Part shown: positions 9,291 to 20,262 of the stretch, in pieces
Layout: each line of letters opens with the position of its first letter
How positions within the stretch are numbered: the first letter of the stretch is position 1
DNA from: Candidatus Omnitrophota bacterium
GTDB taxonomy: Bacteria > Omnitrophota > Gorgyraeia > Zapsychrales > JANLHA01
Assembly (NCBI GenBank): GCA_029560465.1
Contig: JAKQKX010000065.1
Span: forward strand, 5,148 to 69,147
Length of the DNA: 64,000 bases
Direction: 5' to 3'
The notes under the pieces: model-generated
What the model was told of the DNA's origin: nothing
Database searches by the model: none
Seen by the model: only the letters and a program-made list of their open reading frames with translations
Position numbers and translations under genes: made by a program

Positions 9291-10148
9291 CTACGCTGAG
9301 CTTTTTACCCCCGCCGGTTCAGAGGCGGCTTTCAATTCGGGCAGGTTCATTTCAACGATCGCGTGTGTCGGGCACACGGGCGCGCATTTCCGGCAAAGCC
9401 GGCACTTTTCATGATCAATATACGCCAGGTTATTTTTCAACGTAATCGCCTCGAATGGGCAGGCCTTAACGCACAACCCGCAGCCGATACAGGCCACTGC
9501 GCAGGACTTTTTAGCGACCGGCCCTTTGTCCTGATTGATACAACTCACAAAAATACGCCTGTTCTTGGGCCCGCGCCTGCGCAACTCAATAATAAACCGG
9601 GGGCACGCTTTGACGCAGGCGCCGCAAGCCGTACATTTATCGTCGATCACCTCCGGAAGGCCGGTGTCCGGGTTCATGAATATCGCCTGAAATTTACAGG
9701 CTTTGACACAGTCGCCCAGGCCGAGGCAACCATAAGCGCATCCCGTATCCCCCCCGTACAAAGAAGCGGCAATGGAACAAGCCGGAGCGCTGTCATAAAG
9801 GCTCGTCTTGGCCCGGTGAGCATACGACCCCTGGCATCGGATCACCGCGATTAAGGGGTCCTTTTGAGACACCTTCTTCCCCAGGATATCAGCCACCGCG
9901 TCCATGCAGGCCTGCCCGCCGACCGGGCAATACAAATCAGTTAAATCCTCGGCCGCGACACAGGCTTCGGCGAAATTCCGGCACCCCGCATATCCGCATC
10001 CCCCGCAATTGGCCAGCGGCAACGCCGCTTCGACCTGGTCGACGCGGGGGTCTCCCTGCACTTTAAACTTCTGGGCCACGGCGTAAAGAATAACAGCAGA
10101 CAGAATACCCAGGACGCTTAATGTTACAATCGTAAAAACTATCGTCAT
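9291..10148 (-). CDS. rnfB: Rnf complex subunit B (polyferredoxin)
   Basis: N-terminal membrane helix, a CGGCGYAGCRNFAEAC cluster, and multiple CxxCxxCxxxCP ferredoxin motifs. Confidence 0.8.
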   Translation of the reverse strand: MTIVFTIVTLSVLGILSAVILYAVAQKFKVQGDPRVDQVEAALPLANCGGCGYAGCRNFAEACVAAEDLTDLYCPVGGQACMDAVADILGKKVSQKDPLIAVIRCQGSYAHRAKTSLYDSAPACSIAASLYGGDTGCAYGCLGLGDCVKACKFQAIFMNPDTGLPEVIDDKCTACGACVKACPRFIIELRRRGPKNRRIFVSCINQDKGPVAKKSCAVACIGCGLCVKACPFEAITLKNNLAYIDHEKCRLCRKCAPVCPTHAIVEMNLPELKAASEPAGVKSSA

Positions 10149-10151
10149 GTT

Positions 10152-10583
10152 TTATGGGTTATGCTTTTTATAAAGTTTCATTTGGAAAGATCCCTTCAAC
10201 CTGGGACTCAAAACGTGCAGAATGACATAATAGGGGACCAGCATCAGCAACGCCCCGCCTCCAACCAGATATTCCCGGGTTGTCATCCTTGAAAGGATCA
10301 GGAGCGAAAAAACAACAATACCTAAGGGTAACAGATACGCCAGAACCAGCGCTTTAAAACCTTTGGCCTGTTCCAGGACAATGTTGACTTCTTCCCCGAC
10401 CGTAAAATCTTCCTGATGGTCGGAGAAAACGAGAATTTGATGTTGTGTTTCCGCCGCCCCGCAATGTTGTCTGGACTCGCATGAGCCGCAGGCCGATGTC
10501 CTCATAAGCTCCACAAAAACATCCCGGCCCTTAAGCTCTTTCACAACGCCCTGGTGCTCAACATTACGACTGGTGTGCATCAT
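10152..10583 (-). CDS. RseC/MucC-family (SoxR-reducing system) membrane protein preceding rnf
   Basis: 143 aa with an N-terminal Cys-containing soluble part (ACGSCESRQHCG) and two C-terminal transmembrane helices, positioned as the first gene of the rnf operon. Confidence 0.6.
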   Translation of the reverse strand: MMHTSRNVEHQGVVKELKGRDVFVELMRTSACGSCESRQHCGAAETQHQILVFSDHQEDFTVGEEVNIVLEQAKGFKALVLAYLLPLGIVVFSLLILSRMTTREYLVGGGALLMLVPYYVILHVLSPRLKGSFQMKLYKKHNP

Positions 10584-10761
10584 ATGTTAATCCGCCGCAT
10601 CAACTAAATGTTTTTACTATATCTTTACCCCTATATCTTGTCAAGCGGCATTTAGGCCTTCTTAAGACGAAAAAGGCGTCTGCGCCTGTTTCCGGGGATA
10701 AGCTTCGCAGGCGAGTCACCCGGAAGGAGGAGCCCTCTTCTTTTTAAAATTACTTTTACTT

Positions 10762-11154
10762 TTATTTTGGGGAACGATTACGCCGGGAAGAGGTTCCCGC
10801 CACACCGGCCGTCCGTGGCAATTTTTTGCGGGAAGTTTGCTTGTAATCAAAAAACTTGATAGCAATAAGGAAAAATGCGCCGGTGACCTTTTTCTCCACG
10901 CGGACCACTTTACCATATCCGTTAAAAATATCCAGGATACCCGACATAACCACGTTCATTTCAATAATATCGTCCACGTGCAGGGGGATGTCTGAAAAGA
11001 AAGCAAGCCCCAAGAAACTCATATCATGAGTCGTGGACAAATGCCAGCGTTTATCCGCTTTTCGAAGCCGTGTTTTGACGACCCGGTATTGAATACTCAG
11101 GATACGCTTCGTGCGTAAAGCTTTCCGCATTTCGCTGGTGGATTGCTTCACCAT
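10762..11154 (-). CDS. Hypothetical protein, possibly PilZ-domain (c-di-GMP binding)
   Basis: 130 aa with an Arg-rich N-terminus (RKALRTKRILS) and a D-x-S-x-x-G-like element (HDMSFLGLAF). The fold assignment is tentative. Confidence 0.3.
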   Translation of the reverse strand: MVKQSTSEMRKALRTKRILSIQYRVVKTRLRKADKRWHLSTTHDMSFLGLAFFSDIPLHVDDIIEMNVVMSGILDIFNGYGKVVRVEKKVTGAFFLIAIKFFDYKQTSRKKLPRTAGVAGTSSRRNRSPK

Positions 11155-11257
11155 ATTCCCTCTCTTATGTTCTTCCTTCCTTAAATAAGGATAAACTTTA
11201 AATCCTTATTCGTCAAGAAGTTACTCCTTATGTTCTTGTTCTTTCTTATGAATGGGG

Positions 11258-13219
11258 TTAAAAGGGCTGCCCTTTAAGAATAAAACGAATGTCTCCCGAA
11301 GGTTTTTTATCGGTCAGGAGAAACACATATAGCCGCCTGTCCTGCACACATTGTCCCGGCTGATCCTGCCGGCAATATGTCACGAAAACCTCTGCGTAAA
11401 GCGTGTCGGCAGGGAAGATCGTGTAAACATGGAAGATGGACGTTTCATCATAGATAGCATAGAGTCGCTGAAAATCTCCCTGAGTGGTCCACAACCTCAT
11501 ATAAGGTTTCCCCTCATAAGAAATCCGTGTCCCCCGGGGCAATTTTATGGACAGCGTCAAATCCTGAACATCGTTGGAAAAAGTTTTACGGGTTCTCAGG
11601 ATCGTCCCCTCAAAACCCTCTACCCCGGGCTGCCCGGCTAGGAACGTTTCAATCTCCCCCTGGAGAGGCAGGGTTTCAACCCGTTTGTTCTCCAAATCCA
11701 GGACGCGGATACTGTGGTTATGGGTGTCGGCGATGAACACGCGGTTTTTCATATAACTTAAACCGCCGGGCTCGTTGAACAGGGCTTTATGAAAAGGGCC
11801 GTCTTTGAACCCGGCGCGGCTATCCCCACTTACGGTGCTCAAGGTGTTGTCCGCCAGGGAAAGCATACGGATTTTATTATTATAAGTATCGGCGATGACC
11901 AAGGATTCTGGAGTCCGGCATATCCCCAACGGATGCTGCAAACGCGCCGTCTCCTGGGTGCCGTCATCATCGCCAAACGTGTGCAGCCCCTTCCCCACCA
12001 CCGTCTCCACCTGGGCCCCCAAAAGCAATCCAACGCGCCTGACGGCGCTGACTTCACTGTCAAGGACGTACAGGGTATTTTCAACCGATACGATCCCCGA
12101 CGGCTGCGCGAAAGCGCTTCTGATCAGCGGGCCATCGATCAAATTCTCGACACCTGATCCGGCACACACCTTGATATCCCCGCTTTCAAGGTCCAGGACC
12201 CAAATCTGATGCGCGCCTGTCATCGCGATATAAAGCTGATCATGGATCAACGTCAAGTCCGTCGGATAATTTAAATCAACGGAGGCCCCAGCCCCCTTTG
12301 GAAAACGCGCCGTGTTTTTCCGGCCTGTTCCCGCAACGGTCATGACCTTTCCTGATTTAAGGTCGACTTTCCGTATCGCGTGATTGCCGGCATCAGCGAC
12401 ATACAAAATGTCCCCCTGCCGTGCCATTCCCTGGGGATCATGAAAACAGGCCGCCCCAAACGCCCCATCCTGAAACCCGCGGGCTCCTGAACCAATGATC
12501 TCCTGAACATGTCCCTGCCAGTCTGTCACGAGGATCCGGTCATGGCCGGAGTCGGCGATAAACAGCCGTTCATCATCCGTGGCCAGCACCTTCCCCGGGA
12601 ACGCCAGACTCGTCATCGGCTCCTTCTTCCTTTCCAGCCGCAAGGCGACTGGCTGGGTCCGCAGGAAATACTGGTTATGATTAAGGCGGGTCGTCAACTC
12701 TTTATCAACAGCCGAAAAAATATCTTCCCCAATCTGCTTATGAATAATTTTGCCCTCAGGATCAATCAAAACAACCGTCGGCCAGGCGCGTATGTCATAA
12801 TCCCGCCATATCCGCATGCGGGCGTCGTTCACCACCGGATAATCCAGCCTGTAACGGATCACCGCTTCCGTGACATTTTTGGGGTGGCGCTGCACGGGGT
12901 ATTTCGGGGAATGAACGCCGATCATGACAAGTTCCCGGGGATATTTCTTTTGCAGGGCCTTTAATTCCTGGAAAAGATTGATGCAGTTAACGCTGGAATA
13001 TGTCCAGAAGTTGAGCAGCACAAACTTGCCTTTGAGCTCCGCCAGGGTGAGCGGAGATTCAGTGTTGAGCCAGTCGAGCCCGGATCTCAAAGCCGGGGCC
13101 TGCTTATGCTGCAAATATTCCACAATGCCGGCACAGGCTGGCCGCCCGCCGGGATTCAAAAGCCACAAGGCCGCCAGGCAAAAATAAAGAAAACGGGATG
13201 TTTGTTTCATGGTTTTCAA
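11258..13219 (-). CDS. Secreted thioredoxin-like (redoxin) domain protein fused to NHL-repeat beta-propeller
   Basis: 653 aa with a signal peptide and an N-terminal redoxin fold (FVLLNFWTYSSVNCI). Repeated NHL-like blades follow (LxxPxGIAxDxxGxLYVADxxNHxIRKV). Confidence 0.7.
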   Translation of the reverse strand: MKTMKQTSRFLYFCLAALWLLNPGGRPACAGIVEYLQHKQAPALRSGLDWLNTESPLTLAELKGKFVLLNFWTYSSVNCINLFQELKALQKKYPRELVMIGVHSPKYPVQRHPKNVTEAVIRYRLDYPVVNDARMRIWRDYDIRAWPTVVLIDPEGKIIHKQIGEDIFSAVDKELTTRLNHNQYFLRTQPVALRLERKKEPMTSLAFPGKVLATDDERLFIADSGHDRILVTDWQGHVQEIIGSGARGFQDGAFGAACFHDPQGMARQGDILYVADAGNHAIRKVDLKSGKVMTVAGTGRKNTARFPKGAGASVDLNYPTDLTLIHDQLYIAMTGAHQIWVLDLESGDIKVCAGSGVENLIDGPLIRSAFAQPSGIVSVENTLYVLDSEVSAVRRVGLLLGAQVETVVGKGLHTFGDDDGTQETARLQHPLGICRTPESLVIADTYNNKIRMLSLADNTLSTVSGDSRAGFKDGPFHKALFNEPGGLSYMKNRVFIADTHNHSIRVLDLENKRVETLPLQGEIETFLAGQPGVEGFEGTILRTRKTFSNDVQDLTLSIKLPRGTRISYEGKPYMRLWTTQGDFQRLYAIYDETSIFHVYTIFPADTLYAEVFVTYCRQDQPGQCVQDRRLYVFLLTDKKPSGDIRFILKGQPF

Positions 13220-13268
13220 GCAGTGTCCGTCAGCAGAACCGCTTAATGGAATCGGTCGTGGTCCTAAA

Positions 13269-14657
13269 TCAATGAGGCCGTGTCATATCTTTGGGCCGGA
13301 TCAGGGCGTCAAATTCCGTTTCGGTGAGATACCCTGATTCGGCCGCCGCGACACGCAACGTTTTATCTTCTTTAAAAGCTTTCTGAACGATCTTGGCCGC
13401 TTTGTCATAGCCGATGTGCGGAGTCAGAGCGGTGACCAGCATGAGCGACTGTTCCAAGTGACGCTGAATGGTTTCAGCATTCAGCGCGATGCCTTGCACG
13501 CAATATTGGGTAAAATTCCGGACCGCGTCAGAGAGCAACTGGATGGATTGCAAAACGTTGAAAATGATGACCGGTTTACATACATTAAGCTGAAAATTCC
13601 CGCTGGCTCCGGCCAAGGCCACGGTCGTGTCATTCCCCACGACCTGCATACAGACCATGATCAAAGCCTCAGCCTGTGTGGGATTGACTTTCCCAGGCAT
13701 AATGGAACTTCCAGGCTCGTTGGCCGGCAATTGAAGTTCTCCGATCCCGCAACGCGGGCCGGAGCCAAGCCATCGGATGTCGTTGGCGATCTTGATCAGG
13801 GAAACCGCGATGACCTTTAAAATCCCGCTTAACTCAACCAGAGCGTCGTGGGCGGCGATCGCCTCAAATTTATTACGGGCGCTGACAAAAGGATACCCAG
13901 TCAACTCCGCCACCTGGGCAATCGCTTTTTCCGGGAATCCCGCCGGAGTGTTGATTCCGGTCCCAACGGCCGTCGCGCCCAACGCCACCTCATAAAGCCG
14001 GGGGAGCACCGCCTCAATTCTCTCCAGGCCGTTGATGATCTGCTGAGAGAACCCGCTAAATTCCTGTCCCAGCGTCAACGGAGTGGCGTCCATCAGGTGC
14101 GTGCGCCCGATCTTAACCACGTCCTCCCATTCCTCCGACTTCCGCGCCAATTGGTCCCCCATCCCCTGCAGTGCCGGGATCAGCGATTCCTGAAGCATGG
14201 TCACGGCGGCGATATGCATGGCCGTCGGAAAAACATCGTTAGAGGACTGGGACATGTTCACATGGTCGTTGGGATGCACGGGGTGTTTACTACCCAGGAC
14301 CCCCCCGGCCATTTCAATCGCCCGGTTGGCGATGACTTCATTCACGTTCATGTTGGTATGGGTGCCGCTCCCTGTCTGCCAGATTTTAAGAGGAAAATGA
14401 TCCAGGAAGAAACCGTCGATCACTTCCTCGGCTGCTTGAACAATATATTCGCAGGTTTTTGCGTCAAGCCTGCCACAGGCGGCGTTGGCCAGGGCACAGG
14501 CTTTTTTAACAATCGCCAGGGCCCGGATCATTTCCAGCGGCATGGCTTCGCCGCCAATGTCGAAATTCGTGGCTGAACGCGCGGTCTGGGCTCCGTAAAA
14601 CACATTCGCCGGCACAGGGATTTCGCCCAGGCTGTCTGATTCCATTCTGTAATCCAT
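13269..14657 (-). CDS. fumC: Class II fumarate hydratase
   Basis: 462 aa with the fumarate lyase signature [16 protein letters not shown]. The TQ variant indicates fumarase rather than aspartase. Confidence 0.85.
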   Translation of the reverse strand: MDYRMESDSLGEIPVPANVFYGAQTARSATNFDIGGEAMPLEMIRALAIVKKACALANAACGRLDAKTCEYIVQAAEEVIDGFFLDHFPLKIWQTGSGTHTNMNVNEVIANRAIEMAGGVLGSKHPVHPNDHVNMSQSSNDVFPTAMHIAAVTMLQESLIPALQGMGDQLARKSEEWEDVVKIGRTHLMDATPLTLGQEFSGFSQQIINGLERIEAVLPRLYEVALGATAVGTGINTPAGFPEKAIAQVAELTGYPFVSARNKFEAIAAHDALVELSGILKVIAVSLIKIANDIRWLGSGPRCGIGELQLPANEPGSSIMPGKVNPTQAEALIMVCMQVVGNDTTVALAGASGNFQLNVCKPVIIFNVLQSIQLLSDAVRNFTQYCVQGIALNAETIQRHLEQSLMLVTALTPHIGYDKAAKIVQKAFKEDKTLRVAAAESGYLTETEFDALIRPKDMTRPH

Positions 14658-14668
14658 AAAAAATATCC

Positions 14669-15412
14669 TTAACCTTTCTTCGAAATCAAGGTCTGAATCA
14701 AATCGACCGGGATCGGGAACAGGGTCGTGGTGTTGTTTTTGCCGCCGATTTCAACGAGCGTCTGAAGATAACGCAGTTGGAGCGACATGGGGGCTTTTTG
14801 CATCATCTCGGCGGCCTGGCAAATCTTTTCCGCCGCCTGAAACTCTCCTTCTGCCGCGATGATTTTCGCGCGGCGTTCCCGCTCCGCTTCGGCCTGGCGC
14901 GCCATCGCCCGCCTTAATTCCTCGGAAATATCCACATGTTTAACTTCCACATTGGTCACCTTGATGCCCCAAGGATCCGTCTGTTTATCCAAAAGCGTTT
15001 GCAGGCTGTCGTTAATCCTCTCTCTCTGGGCGAGGAGGTCATCCATCTCCATCTCCCCAAGCACGCTCCTAAGCGTTGTCTGGGCCATCTGCGAGGTCGC
15101 ATACTGGTAATTCTGAACTTCAACGATCGCCTTGATCGGGTCCATGACCCGAAAATACGCGACAGCGTTGACTTTAACCGAAACATTATCCTTGGTTATG
15201 ACATCCTGAGGCGGGACATCCAGAGTTACCAGGCGCATACTCACAACGACACCGGTCTCAATGGGGAAGAAAATAAAAATCAAACCCGGCCCCCGGGGCG
15301 CTTCCACAATTTTCCCGAGACGGAATATAACAACGCGTTCATATTCCTTAACGATTTTGACACTGTTCATCAACCACCAAGCCAGAATAACCAGGGCTCC
15401 TATAAACCACAT
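14669..15412 (-). CDS. SPFH/band-7 (stomatin-like) protein
   Basis: 247 aa with an N-terminal transmembrane helix, an SPFH domain and a C-terminal coiled coil ([19 protein letters not shown]). Confidence 0.8.
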   Translation of the reverse strand: MWFIGALVILAWWLMNSVKIVKEYERVVIFRLGKIVEAPRGPGLIFIFFPIETGVVVSMRLVTLDVPPQDVITKDNVSVKVNAVAYFRVMDPIKAIVEVQNYQYATSQMAQTTLRSVLGEMEMDDLLAQRERINDSLQTLLDKQTDPWGIKVTNVEVKHVDISEELRRAMARQAEAERERRAKIIAAEGEFQAAEKICQAAEMMQKAPMSLQLRYLQTLVEIGGKNNTTTLFPIPVDLIQTLISKKG

Positions 15413-15447
15413 GTCCCGCTCCTTTCGTAAAAGTGTTGCTTTTTTAA

Positions 15448-16935
15448 TTAGCTCTTCAAGGACTTCCTGACCTTCAGGGTCAGGCCATTGATGGCCACAA
15501 CGATGATTTTATCCCCGCCGGAGAGCGCTTCATCAGTTACGGCGTTCCACAATTCGCCGTGGACAAAAACTTTACCGTCAACGCCCGGGCCGAAATCTTT
15601 TTTCGTCACGCCCAGGGCGCCGATCATCCCTTCCTGCCCAGAAACAGGTTTCTGTCGAAAGGTCTTGATCGCCAACCTTAACAGAAAAGACGTGATAAAC
15701 GCGGTCGTCCCAAGGATGGAAATGATAATCGGCATCGAAACACGCATAATGGGTTCAGATCTGTCAAACAAGAGAACGGACCCCAGAAACATACACACCA
15801 CCCCCCCAGTCGTCATAACGCCAAATCCAGGGACAAACGCCTCTGCAATCAGGAGCCCCAACCCGACGAGGATCAGCGCCAACCCGGCATAATTTGTTGG
15901 GAGCATCTGCATGCTGAAAAAAGCCAAGATTAAGAAAATCGAGCCTAAAATGCCCGGGACACCAAACCCAGGGCTGGTTATTTCATAAAGAAGGCTTAAA
16001 AAACCCAGGATAAGGAACAAATAAGCAATATTCGGATTAGCCAGGACATTATAAAACTGCTGGCGCGCGCTCATGTCCACCCTGAAAACCTCGGCCCGGG
16101 CTGTTTTCAAAGTGACATCCATCCCGCGCACTTTCACCGTTTTTCCGTCCATCTGTTTTAACAAATCTTTTTCGTCCTGGGCGATGATATCAATGACATT
16201 CTGTTGCAACGCTTCGGTTTCCGTGATAGAAAGACTTTTGGTCACGCTTTTGATCGCCCATTCTTCATTCCGGCCGCGCAGATGGGCCATTGCCCGGATA
16301 AAAGCCACGGTATCCTGAAGGATTTTGGTGTCGAGCGCGTCATTATCCGGGATATATTCAAAGTCAGGCGCCTCTTCCGGAGACTGAGCCTCTTCCGGTT
16401 CCGGCGGCTTGACCTCAACGGGGTGTTTTTCGGCATCCTGCGATGGATCCGGGGGCAGGTTGCCTTTCGTCTCTTTGAGAATCTCCCTGACCTCTTTCCA
16501 CGGGTCGCTTTTGTGCCGGCCCATCTGGATAGGATGCGCGGCCCCGATATTGGTGGAAGGCGCCATGGCCGCGATATGCGCAGCATAGGTGATAAAAACC
16601 CCGGCGGATCCCGCACGCGACCCGCCGGGGGAAATATACACGACCACCGGCACATCCGCCGAAAGAACATATTTCACGATCTGCCGGGTCGAGGCCAGCA
16701 AGCCACCCGGAGTATCCATTTCAATAATCAAACACTGGGCTTTTTTCTCTTCCGCCAAATCAATGCCCTTCGCAATATATTCCGCAGTGATCGGGTTGAT
16801 CGTGTCATCATTAAGCCGGAGGAGATACACGCGTTCCCCGGCGGCTTCGGCCTTCTCAATGTTCGCCGGCACGCCGCTGGAAAAGCCTGCCAGCAAAATC
16901 ATGATCACAGATAAACGTAGGGATAAGGATTTCAT
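15448..16935 (-). CDS. NfeD-family membrane-bound ClpP-class serine protease (stomatin operon partner)
   Basis: 495 aa with a signal peptide, a ClpP-like protease domain ([14 protein letters not shown]...[11 protein letters not shown]), multiple transmembrane helices and a C-terminal OB-fold-like tail. It lies immediately upstream of the SPFH gene. Confidence 0.75.
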   Translation of the reverse strand: MKSLSLRLSVIMILLAGFSSGVPANIEKAEAAGERVYLLRLNDDTINPITAEYIAKGIDLAEEKKAQCLIIEMDTPGGLLASTRQIVKYVLSADVPVVVYISPGGSRAGSAGVFITYAAHIAAMAPSTNIGAAHPIQMGRHKSDPWKEVREILKETKGNLPPDPSQDAEKHPVEVKPPEPEEAQSPEEAPDFEYIPDNDALDTKILQDTVAFIRAMAHLRGRNEEWAIKSVTKSLSITETEALQQNVIDIIAQDEKDLLKQMDGKTVKVRGMDVTLKTARAEVFRVDMSARQQFYNVLANPNIAYLFLILGFLSLLYEITSPGFGVPGILGSIFLILAFFSMQMLPTNYAGLALILVGLGLLIAEAFVPGFGVMTTGGVVCMFLGSVLLFDRSEPIMRVSMPIIISILGTTAFITSFLLRLAIKTFRQKPVSGQEGMIGALGVTKKDFGPGVDGKVFVHGELWNAVTDEALSGGDKIIVVAINGLTLKVRKSLKS

Positions 16936-18396
16936 TTAATTCCTCTTTAAGAATTCGGTTAACAGGCGTACCCCCGCCCCGGTCGCCCCGGCCGCATAAT
17001 ATAAACGGCTTTTCCCTTCACGGAAAGCCGTGCCGGCAATATCAATATGTGCCCAAGGCGTGTCTTCGGTGAACTGGCGCAAAAATTCCGCAGCCGTCAT
17101 AGTTCCGGCCGCGCCTTTAGGGAAGCCCAAGTTTTTAAGGTCAGCGACCTGCGATTCAACCGCATCTTTGAGCTCAGGATAATTGGGCAGACGCCATAAC
17201 CGGTCATCCGTGATCTCCGCGGCGGCGAGCAATTTAGCGGCGAGGGTTTCATTATTCGAAACCAACCCGCTGTAATCATAACCCAGGGCGATTACGCAAG
17301 CGCCGGTGAGCGTGGCGATATCAATCAAACGCTGGGGCTTGTAATTTCTGACCACATAAGATATCGCGTCAGCGAGGACCAGACGGCCTTCGGCGTCCGT
17401 GTTGGCGACTTCAACCGTTTTACCACTATAACTTTTAAACACATCCCCTGGCTTGCAAGCAAGGGGACCGATGGCATTTTCCGCCAGGCCAAAGGCGAAA
17501 ATAATATTCTTTTTCAGCCCCAGGTGAATCACGTTCTTCAAAGTTCCGAGCAAAGCCGCCGCGCCGCTCATGTCAGAACGCATGGTCTCCATGTGGCCGG
17601 ACGGCTTGAGGTTAAGCCCTCCGGTATCAAACGTGATGCCCTTCCCGACCAAAGCGGTGGTCCGGGCATCGCGCGAGGCTCCCCGGTATTTGACAATAAT
17701 GAGTTTCGGCGGGTACTGGCTGCCTTTGTTCACTGCCAGGTGTAAGTTAAGCCCCTTCTCTTTAAGCTCCTCTTCATTAAGGATTTTAATGCTGGCCTGC
17801 TTGCACCCCCGGCTCACGGAAAAAACCGCTTCTTCAAACGCTTCCGAGTGAACCACGTCAGCGTTATCGTTAACTAGGTCCCTGGCCAATGTGACGCCAT
17901 CACAAACCATGACGGCTTCCGCAAAACATTTCTTTTCCTTCACCACCAGATACACCTGCCGGACTCTGGCCGGGCACTCGTCATTCTTAACGCTTCGGTA
18001 TTTATCCCATGTGTATGTCCCGATTAAAACACCTTCAATAACCGCGATGATTTCCGCGTCTTCCGCGAAAAACGCCGCCAGTTCTACTTCCCGGACCGTT
18101 TTGATAAATTCAGATGCCAGGGCCTGCCGGACCGCCACCCGCAAGGTCGTGAGAAAGCCCGGGGCCTTAGCCCCTAAGCCGACAAACAGGACGGTCCGGT
18201 TCTTCTGGACAACCGGGAAAAGCTCCCCTTTCTCCGCTTTAAAAACCTGGCCCTGTGTTAAGGAAGCAAGCGCGGACTTCAATTCGCCGGGCAGTTGACT
18301 CAGCCAGGTTTTCTGTTCAATTTGATCTTTACCGACCAAAACCAGAAGGGCCGGTTTATCCATTAATAATTTAGGACGAAATTCAATCATAAACAA
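16936..18396 (-). CDS. pepA: Leucyl aminopeptidase (M17)
   Basis: 486 aa with the M17 signature NTDAEGRLVLADAISY and a VGKGITFDTGG motif. Confidence 0.85.
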   Translation of the reverse strand: MFMIEFRPKLLMDKPALLVLVGKDQIEQKTWLSQLPGELKSALASLTQGQVFKAEKGELFPVVQKNRTVLFVGLGAKAPGFLTTLRVAVRQALASEFIKTVREVELAAFFAEDAEIIAVIEGVLIGTYTWDKYRSVKNDECPARVRQVYLVVKEKKCFAEAVMVCDGVTLARDLVNDNADVVHSEAFEEAVFSVSRGCKQASIKILNEEELKEKGLNLHLAVNKGSQYPPKLIIVKYRGASRDARTTALVGKGITFDTGGLNLKPSGHMETMRSDMSGAAALLGTLKNVIHLGLKKNIIFAFGLAENAIGPLACKPGDVFKSYSGKTVEVANTDAEGRLVLADAISYVVRNYKPQRLIDIATLTGACVIALGYDYSGLVSNNETLAAKLLAAAEITDDRLWRLPNYPELKDAVESQVADLKNLGFPKGAAGTMTAAEFLRQFTEDTPWAHIDIAGTAFREGKSRLYYAAGATGAGVRLLTEFLKRN

Positions 18397-18423
18397 TAAT
18401 CCTTTCCGATGGGGATTCCGTTA

Positions 18424-19713
18424 TTAACGCTGGTCGATGGGGATATATTCCCTCTTATTCGCCCCGACATAGATCTGCCTGGGCCTGGCAATACGCGTTT
18501 CGGGATTCTCAACCATTTCTTTCCAGTGGGCGATCCATCCCGGCAGACGGCCAATGGCAAACATCACCGGGAACATCGGCGTGGGGATCCCGATGGCTTT
18601 ATAAATCAGGCCGCTGTAAAAATCAACGTTGGGATAAAGTTTTCTTTCCGCAAAGTAATCATCTTTCAACGCCTTCTCTTCAAGCTTTACAGCTAAATCC
18701 AGCAAAGGGTCATGCCGGTCTAAAGTGTTCAGCAAGGCATGGGTCTCCGTCTTGATAATTTTGGCCCGGGGGTCATAATTTTTATAAACCCGGTGGCCGA
18801 ATCCCATAAGCCGGAACTTGCTGTCGGGGTCTTTGGCCTTCGCGATATATTTGTCCACATCCCCGCCATCAGCGGAGATCATTTCCAGCATCTCAACCAC
18901 TTTCTGGTTGGCGCCGCCGTGCAAAGGCCCCCAAAGAGCAGAGACACCAGCGGAAACCGAAGCGAACAGATTGGCCCCGGAACTGCCGACCATCCTTACC
19001 GTCGAAGTGCTGCAGTTCTGCTCATGGTCGGCATGAAGCAGAAAAAGCATCTTCAGGGTGTTCACAACGGTTTGATTAATTTTGTATTCATGGGTCGGCG
19101 TGGAAAACATCATATGTAAAAAATTCGCCACATATTCCAATTCTTCCTTGGCGTACATAAACGGCTCGCCCACTGTTTTCTTGTACGTGCAAGCCACAAT
19201 CGTCCTGACCTTGGCCATCAGTTCAATGGCGCTCAATTCAATGTCTTCCGGCCTAGGATCCGGCTTAATCAGTTCTGGGTAATAGACAGACAGCGCGCAA
19301 ATCATCGCCGAAAGCATGGCCATAGGGTGGCCTGTTGCCGGATAGCCGCCAAAAAACTTCTTCATGTCCTCATGAAGATTGGCATTTTTGGTAAAAGCAT
19401 TGGAATAACGGCTCAGCTCGGCCCGGGATGGCAGCTCCCCGTTAATAAGGAGATACGCGGTTTCTACAAACGAAGCCTTCTCGGCCAGTTGTTCGATCGG
19501 ATAGCCCCGGTAGCGCAAGATGCCTTTATCCCCGTCTATATAAGTAATCGCGCTCCGGCAGGAACCCGTGCTGGCGAACCCGGGATCAACTGTAATATAG
19601 CCGGTTTCCTGGCGCAATTTGGAAATCACAAAACCATGCTCGCCTTCCGTGCCAACCACCACCGGGAGTTCAATCGTCTTATCATCAATCACAAGTTTAA
19701 CTTTTTCTGACAT
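18424..19713 (-). CDS. gltA: Citrate synthase
   Basis: 429 aa with the citrate synthase signature GFGHRVYKNYDPRA. Confidence 0.9.
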   Translation of the reverse strand: MSEKVKLVIDDKTIELPVVVGTEGEHGFVISKLRQETGYITVDPGFASTGSCRSAITYIDGDKGILRYRGYPIEQLAEKASFVETAYLLINGELPSRAELSRYSNAFTKNANLHEDMKKFFGGYPATGHPMAMLSAMICALSVYYPELIKPDPRPEDIELSAIELMAKVRTIVACTYKKTVGEPFMYAKEELEYVANFLHMMFSTPTHEYKINQTVVNTLKMLFLLHADHEQNCSTSTVRMVGSSGANLFASVSAGVSALWGPLHGGANQKVVEMLEMISADGGDVDKYIAKAKDPDSKFRLMGFGHRVYKNYDPRAKIIKTETHALLNTLDRHDPLLDLAVKLEEKALKDDYFAERKLYPNVDFYSGLIYKAIGIPTPMFPVMFAIGRLPGWIAHWKEMVENPETRIARPRQIYVGANKREYIPIDQR

Positions 19714-19825
19714 GGCAAGCTCCTCTTTCTTTTTGAAGTAAATTGTTGCAAAATATTATATTATAATCACTTTGCATTTGCAACTCTAAAGGGGACAGGG
19801 AGGAAAAAGATACGCGGGAAGAGGG

Positions 19826-20230
19826 CTAATCCTGATCGGATTTTTCTAAAATAGATGCCAATTTGGTTAATAAAATATTAGCATCTATAGGCTTAAGAAT
19901 ATAATCATCGCAGCCTTTCTCATACGCTTCCAGGAAACGTTTTTCATACGCTGTCACAATAATAATGGGGATCCCGTCTCCCAAGGCAATACCGGCGTTT
20001 TTTTCGCTTTCCCTTATTTTTTCAAGGATTTCCAAACCGTTAATCTCCGGGAGCTCAATATCCAGGAGGATCAGGCTATATTGATCGCCTCTCTGAAGAG
20101 ACAAATTATACGCCTCGATAGCTTCCTTCCCGCTGGCCGCGAAATCACATTCCGCGACTTCCCTTAAAATTTCGGCCAGCAACTGCCTGTTCTCAAAATT
20201 ATCATCCACAATGAGGATTTTATGCATCAT
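19826..20230 (-). CDS. Single-domain response regulator (CheY-like receiver)
   Basis: 134 aa with the receiver-domain acidic pocket (ILIVDDNF...ILLDIELP...K). Confidence 0.8.
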   Translation of the reverse strand: MMHKILIVDDNFENRQLLAEILREVAECDFAASGKEAIEAYNLSLQRGDQYSLILLDIELPEINGLEILEKIRESEKNAGIALGDGIPIIIVTAYEKRFLEAYEKGCDDYILKPIDANILLTKLASILEKSDQD

Positions 20231-20262
20231 GATCTCCCGGTCGCCTTATTATACCCATATCC

